A stretch of DNA of 64,000 bases from an uncultured Gemmatimonadota bacterium (GTDB lineage Bacteria; GCA-2686955). Shown piece after piece: positions 20,682 to 28,280 of this stretch. The stretch is taken from contig CAZBBK010000001.1 of the NCBI GenBank assembly GCA_964490075.1, forward strand, positions 124,001 through 188,000. The letters run 5' to 3'. How positions within the stretch are numbered: position 1 is the stretch's first letter; each line of letters opens with the position of its first letter. A model generated the notes under the pieces. The model was given only the letters and a program-made list of their open reading frames with translations. It was not told where the DNA came from and made no database searches. The translations under genes were made by a program, and so were the position numbers.

Positions 20682-22517
20682 ATGGGCAATGTCTCCCATC
20701 GGACGGCCGCGAGTTCGGTCGCCGCCGTGCTGCTTTCGATCTGCGCATCACCTGTCTCCGCGCCGGCTGCGACCAGCTCGCCGCGGGCACACCTGGTGCC
20801 GCCTCCTTCACTGGGTGCGGATAGCGCCGACGCGGGCGCGGCCTACTTCGGGCTGCCGCCGCTCGGCGATGTGCAGGTCGTCACCGGCGGCATCGACCGC
20901 GGCGGCGACTTCATGGCACCGACCGACTACCCGCAAGAGCGTCACGTCGTCTACAGCCCCTTCGGCGCGACCTACGGCGCGTTCTACGAGTGGAACGAAG
21001 CGGGCGACTTCATGATCGGCGCGCAGTACTGGGCCGGCGATGCCGGGTGGTCCGCCGCCAGCATCCCCTCGGAGCTGGGCGTGCAGATCGACGCCGGACG
21101 GCCGAGTGCGCACGAATCCGACCATGGAGTGATGGTTGCCTACCACGCCACCGTGAACGGCGTCGGTTACGACCTGTGGGTCAACAACTTCGATGCTCGC
21201 TCCGGAACCTGGGGCGAGAGCGTGCAGGTCAGCGCAGCTGGCGGCACCTTCGCGTTTCTCGAACGGGCCTCGGACGGCACCTGGATGATCGGGGCGACCG
21301 GGGCGCTGGGCGAGAAGAAAGTGTACGCACATACCTCGAACGACGACGGCGCGACTTGGAGCGCCAGTCTGGTAGCGGAGCTCACCGTCGACAACTGGAC
21401 CCTGGTCAGCGGCGCGGCCGATCCGGAGAACGGCGACCTGTACCTGGCCTATGGCGATGATGCCGACGGCGACGACATGGGTGATATCGTGCTCCACCGC
21501 TCCATCGACGGCGGCACCAGCTGGTCGTCCGGGGCCATCGTCGCACACGGCGTCTTCGGCGGTCAAAAGGTGGAGCCATCGCTGGTGGTCGACCGCAGCC
21601 ACCAGGTGCACCTGGTCTTTCAGTCCAACATCGTCGATGACTTCGCCGGAGGCGGACTGAGCGGTCTGGGAGTCGCGGGGATCATCGGCCCGCCGGAGTA
21701 CGCGTGCGGGCACTTCGACGGCGATCAGTGGATCGCGACCGAGAGCGGCGCCCTGCTCGACCGCGCGGAGCTGGCGGCGCTGCCCGACAGCTGCGGCCTC
21801 TCCCCCACCATCGACAACATCGCCACCGATCTGCTGAGCGGGATGCCGCAGCTCGGCATCTACCGCGGAGAGGCCGGCGACCGGCTCTTCGTGGCCTATG
21901 GTCAACCCTACATGGCGGTCGACGTCGACGACTCGTGGGAGATCTGCGGTCCCTTCCAGATCTTCATGCAAGAGCGCGACCTGGAGGACGGCGAGGGCTG
22001 GTCGTCGCGGAGCATGGTTTCCGCCATCTCCGAGCAAGCCGCCGACCAGGGCCGCAACGCGATCTACGTCAACACCACGCACGAAGTGCCCGGGATCGGA
22101 CCCGGTTTCTTGTGGTCGGAGATGGAGGACGCCAGGCCTCCGGCGGATGTGATGTTCGCTCGCCCAGTGGTCGCGGGACCGGCTCTGCAGGTCTCCCTCA
22201 ACGCGGGGGCGGAGCAGATCGGGCTCGGCGAGCTGCTGCCACTGGGCTTCCGGATCGTCAATCCGTGCTCCGACGCGCGCAGCTTCGAGGCCTGGGTCGA
22301 AGGCTTCGATCCGGGCGGGGCTCCCTATCCCGACAATCCCTTGTTCGGTCCCCTCTCGATCAGCCTGGCCGCGGGGGAGAGCGTGTCCGGCACCCGCTTC
22401 TACCGGGTGCCCCCCGATGCCGAGATCGGCGCTCCTCACCGCCTCTGTCTCTCGGTCGGCACCCATCCGGGCGAAGTGATCGACCGGAGCTGCGCGGCCT
22501 TCGAGGTCGTGCCATAG
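20682..22517 (+). CDS. Secreted Asp-box/BNR (sialidase-like beta-propeller) protein with C-terminal Ig-like domain
   Basis: Signal peptide; Asp-boxes TSNDDGATW and RSIDGGTSW. Confidence 0.75.
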   Translation: MGNVSHRTAASSVAAVLLSICASPVSAPAATSSPRAHLVPPPSLGADSADAGAAYFGLPPLGDVQVVTGGIDRGGDFMAPTDYPQERHVVYSPFGATYGAFYEWNEAGDFMIGAQYWAGDAGWSAASIPSELGVQIDAGRPSAHESDHGVMVAYHATVNGVGYDLWVNNFDARSGTWGESVQVSAAGGTFAFLERASDGTWMIGATGALGEKKVYAHTSNDDGATWSASLVAELTVDNWTLVSGAADPENGDLYLAYGDDADGDDMGDIVLHRSIDGGTSWSSGAIVAHGVFGGQKVEPSLVVDRSHQVHLVFQSNIVDDFAGGGLSGLGVAGIIGPPEYACGHFDGDQWIATESGALLDRAELAALPDSCGLSPTIDNIATDLLSGMPQLGIYRGEAGDRLFVAYGQPYMAVDVDDSWEICGPFQIFMQERDLEDGEGWSSRSMVSAISEQAADQGRNAIYVNTTHEVPGIGPGFLWSEMEDARPPADVMFARPVVAGPALQVSLNAGAEQIGLGELLPLGFRIVNPCSDARSFEAWVEGFDPGGAPYPDNPLFGPLSISLAAGESVSGTRFYRVPPDAEIGAPHRLCLSVGTHPGEVIDRSCAAFEVVP

Positions 22518-22607
22518 GATCCGCCGCCCCGGTGAGCACACCGGCGCCCGCGCCCGACCCCGCCTCGTCCATCCGAGGCACGGGTCAGGTGCGGGCGCCC
22601 TCGATGC

Positions 22608-22636
22608 TTGACTCAGGCTCTTCGGCCCCGTAGGAT
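22608..22636 (+). promoter_or_regulatory. Sigma70-type promoter
   Basis: TTGACT, 17-nt spacer, TAGGAT. Confidence 0.65.
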
Positions 22637-22639
22637 ATT

Positions 22640-22658
22640 GATATTGATCTTCATTCTC
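22640..22658. promoter_or_regulatory. Fur-family box
   Basis: GATATTGATCTTCATTCTC is a 15/19 match to GATAATGATAATCATTATC; AT-rich patch directly after the -10. Confidence 0.7.
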
Positions 22659-22690
22659 ATTTACCGCACCGCCTCGACCGGGAGCCCACC

Positions 22691-22927
22691 GTGCAAAAGC
22701 AGCATCGTCGCACCACCCTCACATCGACCCCCACCTACCGAATCGACCGCTGCAGCTGCGGCCGCGTCAACCTGGTGGTAGGCGAATCGACCCTCTCGAT
22801 GTGCCCGCATCTGCTCGCCCGCCTGCGCAACGATCTATCGGTGGCGATCCACGAGAACCGCCAGGCTTCCGGCGATGCCGACCCGCTCGATCTGCCCGTG
22901 GATGGGCACATGTTCAGCCTCAACTGA
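22691..22927 (+). CDS. Small hypothetical protein with CxCG motif
   Basis: GGGAG RBS, GTG start, 78 aa, IDRCSCGRVNL..G..TL. Confidence 0.6.
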   Translation: MQKQHRRTTLTSTPTYRIDRCSCGRVNLVVGESTLSMCPHLLARLRNDLSVAIHENRQASGDADPLDLPVDGHMFSLN

Positions 22928-23030
22928 TCGAAGGGCGAATTCCGCTGCGCCGTCGCGATCGGGTGAGATAGACTTGTAGGTTCCGATGAGCAAGGGTCAT
23001 CCGAGTCCACCAGATCGACGACAAGGCGCG

Positions 23031-23171
23031 ATGAGCATCCTCACTCCGATCCTGATACTGGCGGCGTGGCTGGTTCTGAACCGCTACGTGCTTCCGAAGC
23101 TCGGCGTCCCCACCTGAGCGGTCCCCCAGAGCCCTCCGGCGGAGGGCACGCGCAAGAGCGACTGCCGGTAG
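23031..23171 (+). CDS. Small single-TM protein, candidate selenoprotein (in-frame UGA at 23115-23117)
   Basis: MSILTPILILAAWLVLNRYVLPKLGVPT-U-AVPQSPPAEGTRKSDCR*; SECIS-like hairpin at 23131-23147; not in the ORF track. Confidence 0.6.
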
Positions 23172-23181
23172 GAATCCACCC

Positions 23182-23388
23182 ATGCCGATCTTTGATTTTC
23201 GCTGCAAGCAGTGCGGAACGACCTTCGAGGAGCTGCTCCGAAGCGCGGCGGACGATGCCGCCATCGTCTGCCCGGGCTGCGGGTCAGGGGAGAGCGAACG
23301 CCTGATCGGCGCGCCCAACGTGTTGGGCTCGTCGGGCGGCGTCGGTGGCGGCGGCTGCGCGGCCCCACCCGGCGGCGGCTTCACCTGA
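23182..23388 (+). CDS. FmdB-family zinc-ribbon protein; possible Sec at the terminal UGA (read-through to 23397)
   Basis: MPIFDFRCKQCG..FE.L...CPGCGS; Gly-rich tail CAAPPGGGFT-UGA; hairpin at 23406-23419. Confidence 0.85.
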   Translation: MPIFDFRCKQCGTTFEELLRSAADDAAIVCPGCGSGESERLIGAPNVLGSSGGVGGGGCAAPPGGGFT

Positions 23389-23431
23389 GCGGCCTGATTC
23401 GTGCGGCGCCGGTCGGCGCTCTTCTACATCG

Positions 23432-26383
23432 TCAGCTCAGCGCGCGCCGCGCCAGCGCTTCGACCTCGGCCGGAGAGGCGACGCGTAGCAGCGCCCCGAG
23501 GGTGATCAACGTACGGTGGAAGCTCGCGCCAGGCAGCGCCGCGGCGGCGATCTCGATCCAGTCCCCCGGCCCGATCCGGCCCAGCGCCCAGACCGCCTCG
23601 GAGCGCAGCTCGTCGACCACGACCGGATCGCCGGCGATGCGCGCCAGGAGCGGCATGGAGGGGACGTCGCGCAGCACCCCCAGGGTCTCGATGACCCAGC
23701 GCATGTTGCGCTGTCCCATCCAGGAATCGTCGCCCTGCTCCAGGTAGTCATCGAGCAGCACGCCCAGTCGCGGCGTGACGTCGTCCGCGCCGGCGCGCGC
23801 CAGCGATACCAGCATCGCGACCTGCAGTTCTGGATCGGCGACCTCGCGCTCCAAGGCAGTGCGCAACGCAGCGCGCACCGCGGGGTCGGGGAAGCGCCAG
23901 AGGTGCAGCGCGGCGCTCAGGCGCTGCTCGGACGCCGGTGCGGCCAGCAGCTCGAGCAGCCATGGTATGTCCGCGGGAGCGACCAGGTGCGACTGGGCGG
24001 CGACCAGGGCGGCGAGCTCGTCGCGGTCCTCCGGGAGCGGCGCGGCGAAGAGCGCATCGTGGGCGGTCTGGCCACCGATCGTGGCCAGGGTGGCGAAAGC
24101 ACTGCGGCGCAGCGTGGGCTTGGCGCTGCCGAGATGGCCGGCGATGCGGCTCACCAGGGCGGGCGGCGGCGGCGTGGCGGCCGCGTGCCTGAGTGAGGCC
24201 GTGGCGCTCGTCGTCGCCGCGCGTGGATCGGCCGGAATCGGCACCGCGACCCAGGGCAAGCGCCCAGGGCGCGCGGCGATCGTCGCCGGCTGGCCCGGCA
24301 GCACGCCAGAATGGGGGCGCAGCAGGCGGGTGGCGGACCACATGGCGGCACGCGCCACGCGGGCATCAGGGTGCCCGACCAGGCCGATCAGCAGGTCGAG
24401 CAGGACGGAGGTCGATGCGGTGCCGCCGGGTGCCAGGGCGGCGGGCTCCGGCGTGCCCAGATCGCCGAGCGCCACCACGCAAGCCACCAGCAAAGCCACG
24501 GGCCGATCGGACGGCGCATCCGCCAGTTCGGCCGCCAGGTCGAAGAGCGCCGGCCGCGCCCGGACCTCGCATAGCTCGCCGAGGGCCGCCACGATGGCGC
24601 GCCGGCAGCCGGGTTCCTCCTCGGCCAGCCCCTCCAGCAGGAGCGGCCCCAGCTCCACCAGGCCGAGCCGCCCGGCCGCCTCGATCGCCTCCCGCCGCAC
24701 CGCCGCCGATCGGTGCCGCACCCCAGCGCGCACCAGGTCGACGCAGCTCGAGTCCCCACCGACCGCCAGCCCCCGCTGAATGGCGGCGAGCACCAGCGCG
24801 TCCTCCTCGAGCTCCCAGCCGCGCCGCAGCAGCGGCGCCCCCTCCGGATCCCGCGCCCAGCTCCGATGCACCTCGGCGCGCGCCAGCGGCTCCGCGCGCT
24901 CCCGCAGTCCCTCCGGGTCGCGCAGATGGTCCTGCTCGAGACCGTCGAGGGCGCGCGCCAGCCGCTCCAGGCGTGCACCGGTGCCGGTGTCGGCGGCAGC
25001 CGCCGAGGATGGCGGAGGCGGTGCGTCGAGGCGGGCCAGCAGCGGCTCCACGAAGGCACCGGCCGCTTCGCCGAAGTAGGCGTAGCCAAAGGTCGTGAGG
25101 TGCACATGATCGGCGAAGAGCGCACTGCCGTAGGGGTCGCCCAGCTCGCGCTCCGCGGCGGCGAGACAGAGCGGCATGTCCAGGATCGGAATCGCCGCCA
25201 CTCCGGCGATCCCCCGCAAGAGCGCGTTCTTCTCCGCCGTCGAGCGTTCCGCGTCGAGCCGCCGCCGCGCCTGGCGGTCGCACGCACGTGCCCCCCGGTG
25301 ATCGCCCAGCGCCTCCAGACAACGCGCCTCCCAGAAGAGCGCCGGCGATCCGACCGGCAGATCGCGGCGCGCGGCCCGCACCAAAGCCAGCGCCTGCTCG
25401 GCCCGCCCCTCCTCGAGCTCGTTGAGCCCACGGGCCAGAGTCAAGAGCCCCTCCCCGGGGCCCAGCGGGGCCTTTTCGTCCGCCCCGACCACCCGGTAGG
25501 GCGTCCCCCAGAACAGGTCGTTGGTGGGGCGCGGCAGCAGATCGGGCCAGGCTGGGAAGTGCCCGCCCTTGTGGACCGGGTTCTCGGTCACCAGCTCCAA
25601 GAGGACCAGTGGCACCTCGCTCTCCCGCGCCATCCCGACGATCGAGACCAGGTTGCGCCGGTAGTTGTCGAGCACCGATCCGAGCGGCGGGCGAAGGACC
25701 GGCGACTGCGGCGGCGCCAGCATCGGCCGCTGCCGCATGTCCAGATCCATGGGCGATACCGCCCGCCGCGGCGCCAGCTCCGGCAGCAGCGCCCGCGCCC
25801 CCCAGCGCATCAGCCCGACCGCACGGCTGCCGCGCAGCGCCGCCTGCGTCGCCAGTACGCCGCTCGAGCGCTCCAGGAGCGGCCGGTAGAAGTTCTGCTC
25901 GAGCGCCTCGTTGTGTCCGGTCGACACGACCAACAGATCGGGCCCGTAACCCAGCACCTCGCGCTCCATGAAGAGCAGCCGCGAAGTGCCCATCCCTTTG
26001 TAGCCGGCGCCGACCACCTCCACCCTCCCGCCCAGTCCCAGGTCGTCCACCAGGAAGCGCTCGAAGAAGCCGGGGTAGGGCGAGGCGGTGACCGATCCGC
26101 CGAGGCAGAAGAGGCGCAGCCGGTCCTCGCGGGGGCGCAGCGCGAAGCGTTCCTCGAGCATCGTGCTGCCCAGCCCGCCCTGGCTCCGCATCCAACCCGC
26201 GCTCTCCGGGTCCCGCTCGAAGAAGGTCGCCAGACCGAAGAAGCCGAAGAAGGGGTCGGAGTGCACCTCCTCCAGGGCCAGCTCGCGGGTCACCAGGCGA
26301 GCCGCCCCTTCGATCGCCGCCAGCAGGGCCAGCACCACCGCAGCGCCGAGCAGCATCTTGCGCACCAGGAGTCGTGGGTTCAC
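23432..26383 (-). CDS. Membrane-anchored SGNH/GDSL hydrolase-like protein with TPR-like segment and C-terminal HEAT repeats
   Basis: N-terminal TM + EGAAR, FCLGGSVT, GHNE, FADHVHLT; repeated VRxxAxxALG.L motifs. Confidence 0.75.
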   Translation of the reverse strand: MNPRLLVRKMLLGAAVVLALLAAIEGAARLVTRELALEEVHSDPFFGFFGLATFFERDPESAGWMRSQGGLGSTMLEERFALRPREDRLRLFCLGGSVTASPYPGFFERFLVDDLGLGGRVEVVGAGYKGMGTSRLLFMEREVLGYGPDLLVVSTGHNEALEQNFYRPLLERSSGVLATQAALRGSRAVGLMRWGARALLPELAPRRAVSPMDLDMRQRPMLAPPQSPVLRPPLGSVLDNYRRNLVSIVGMARESEVPLVLLELVTENPVHKGGHFPAWPDLLPRPTNDLFWGTPYRVVGADEKAPLGPGEGLLTLARGLNELEEGRAEQALALVRAARRDLPVGSPALFWEARCLEALGDHRGARACDRQARRRLDAERSTAEKNALLRGIAGVAAIPILDMPLCLAAAERELGDPYGSALFADHVHLTTFGYAYFGEAAGAFVEPLLARLDAPPPPSSAAAADTGTGARLERLARALDGLEQDHLRDPEGLRERAEPLARAEVHRSWARDPEGAPLLRRGWELEEDALVLAAIQRGLAVGGDSSCVDLVRAGVRHRSAAVRREAIEAAGRLGLVELGPLLLEGLAEEEPGCRRAIVAALGELCEVRARPALFDLAAELADAPSDRPVALLVACVVALGDLGTPEPAALAPGGTASTSVLLDLLIGLVGHPDARVARAAMWSATRLLRPHSGVLPGQPATIAARPGRLPWVAVPIPADPRAATTSATASLRHAAATPPPPALVSRIAGHLGSAKPTLRRSAFATLATIGGQTAHDALFAAPLPEDRDELAALVAAQSHLVAPADIPWLLELLAAPASEQRLSAALHLWRFPDPAVRAALRTALEREVADPELQVAMLVSLARAGADDVTPRLGVLLDDYLEQGDDSWMGQRNMRWVIETLGVLRDVPSMPLLARIAGDPVVVDELRSEAVWALGRIGPGDWIEIAAAALPGASFHRTLITLGALLRVASPAEVEALARRALS

Positions 26384-26440
26384 GACTTCTTCATACCACC
26401 TTGGGGGGTCGGAGAACCACGATGAACGCCGACCGCCATC

Positions 26441-27082
26441 TCAAATCGCCTGCTCCCGCAGCAGCGTCGAAATCAGCTCCTTCCAGACCGCCACGCTGCG
26501 CGCGCTGCGCGTGGGATCGATGCCAGCGACTCCCCACAGTGCCATGCCGCGCATCATGTGCAGGGTGAGGTTGATCGCCTCGGCGAAACGCGCACCGCGG
26601 CTGATCTCGGGGCCGAAGAGCTCCTCGCAGAGCTGCCGCAACGCCTGGCCGAACTGTTGCTCGAGGGGGCGCAGGCGTGCTAGCAGCGCGGCATCGGTGC
26701 GCGCCGCCACCCAAAGCTCGATGGCCGCTACCATCAATCGATCGGAGTAGATCGACCAGAGTAGATCGATCGCCGCCGCCGTCCGGTCGGCGCTGCTCGC
26801 TTCCTCGAGCCGGCGCTGCGCGGCCTCGCGCCGGAGCTCGGCGCCGCGCCGCTCGGCCAGGTGCGCCACCGCGCAGGTCACCAGGTCGGCCTTGCTGGGG
26901 AAATGGTGCAGCTGTGCGCCGCGAGACACTCCCGCCCGTGACGCGACCTCGATCGTCGTGGTGCGGCTGTAGCCGCGCTCGATCAGACACTCGATCGTCG
27001 CATCCAGAATCGCCAAACGGGTGGATGCGCTGCGCTGGCGCTGGGTGCGACGCGGTCGTTGCTGTGGGTGGTCGGCGGCCAT
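26441..27082 (-). CDS. TetR/AcrR family transcriptional regulator
   Basis: ILDATIECL.E.GY..TT..EVA.RAGVSRGAQLHHFPSK. Confidence 0.93.
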   Translation of the reverse strand: MAADHPQQRPRRTQRQRSASTRLAILDATIECLIERGYSRTTTIEVASRAGVSRGAQLHHFPSKADLVTCAVAHLAERRGAELRREAAQRRLEEASSADRTAAAIDLLWSIYSDRLMVAAIELWVAARTDAALLARLRPLEQQFGQALRQLCEELFGPEISRGARFAEAINLTLHMMRGMALWGVAGIDPTRSARSVAVWKELISTLLREQAI

Positions 27083-27098
27083 CGGTCGGTCGTCCCGG

Positions 27099-28280
27099 TC
27101 AGTCCCGGCGATAGAGCGTGACGACGCAGGCACCGCCAAGCCCTAAATTGTGCTGCAACGCGATGCGCGCTCCCTCCACCTGGCGCTTGTCGGCCTGCCC
27201 GCGAAGCTGCCAGACCAGCTCCGCGCATTGCGCCACGCCGGTGGCTCCCAGCGGGTGGCCTTTGGACAGCAGCCCTCCCGACGGGTTGGTCACGAAGGCG
27301 CCGCCATAGGTGTTGTCTCCTTCGTGGACGAACTTCTCGGCATCTCCTTCGGCGCAGAGCCCGAGCGCCTCGTAGGTCAAAAGCTCGTTGCTGGTGAAGC
27401 AGTCGTGGAGCTCCACCACGTCGACGTCTCGTGGACCGATGCCGGAGCCCTCGTAGACCTGGCGGGCGGCATCGTGCGCCATGTCGAAGCCGACCATCTT
27501 GATCATGCTGCGTGGATCGAATGAGCTCTCGAAGTCGGTGGTCATCGCCTGGGCGGCGATGTAGACCGCTGCCTCGACGCCGGCACGGGCGGCGAAGTCG
27601 TCCGAGCAGAGCAGCGCCGCGGCCGCGCCGCAGGTGGGCGGACAGCACTGGAAACGGGTGAGCGGATCGAACACCTCCGGCGAGGCCATGATCTCGTCGA
27701 CCGTGAGCACCTGGTTGAAGATCGCGTGCGGGTTGTTGCTGGCGTGGCGGCGCGCCTTCGCGGCGATCTGCGCGAAGGTCTCGCGCCGGGTGCCGTGGCG
27801 CCAGCGATACTCGCGGCCGGCACCGCCGAACATCTGCGCGGCGAAGGGCGAGGAGTCGAAACCCTGCAGCTCGTTCATCACCTCCAAGTGCTGGTCCAGA
27901 GGATTGAGACGATCCGACCACTTGGCGCCGATCGCGCCACGTTCCATCTGCTCGAATCCGACCACCAGCACGGCATGCGCGGCACCGCTCAGAATCGCTT
28001 GCCGCCCCAGCATCAGCGCCGACGATCCGGTGGCGCAGTTGTTGTTCACGTTGAACACCGGGACTCCGGTCAGGCCGATCTCGTAAGCGGCACGCTGCCC
28101 CGATGTGCTCTCGCCGTAGACGTAACCGGCGATCACCTGGTCGACGTCGGAGTAGGCGACAGCGGCATCGTCCAGAGCCGCCCGCGCGGCCCGGGCCGCC
28201 ATGACGTGGTAGGAATCCGATGCGCCGGGCTTGGCGAACTTGATCATGCCGACACCGGCGATGTTGGCTCGCGTGCTCAT
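27099..28280 (-). CDS. SCP2/SCPx-type thiolase (lipid-transfer protein)
   Basis: NVNNNCATGS, ELHDCF, NPSGGLLSKGHPLGATG, QHNLGLGG. Confidence 0.92.
   Translation of the reverse strand: MSTRANIAGVGMIKFAKPGASDSYHVMAARAARAALDDAAVAYSDVDQVIAGYVYGESTSGQRAAYEIGLTGVPVFNVNNNCATGSSALMLGRQAILSGAAHAVLVVGFEQMERGAIGAKWSDRLNPLDQHLEVMNELQGFDSSPFAAQMFGGAGREYRWRHGTRRETFAQIAAKARRHASNNPHAIFNQVLTVDEIMASPEVFDPLTRFQCCPPTCGAAAALLCSDDFAARAGVEAAVYIAAQAMTTDFESSFDPRSMIKMVGFDMAHDAARQVYEGSGIGPRDVDVVELHDCFTSNELLTYEALGLCAEGDAEKFVHEGDNTYGGAFVTNPSGGLLSKGHPLGATGVAQCAELVWQLRGQADKRQVEGARIALQHNLGLGGACVVTLYRRD

Noticed and set aside
23395-23431. Read-through of the second UGA after the FmdB gene
   Set aside because: It would run antisense into the convergent gene, and the hairpin loop is only 13 nt away, closer than typical SECIS spacing.
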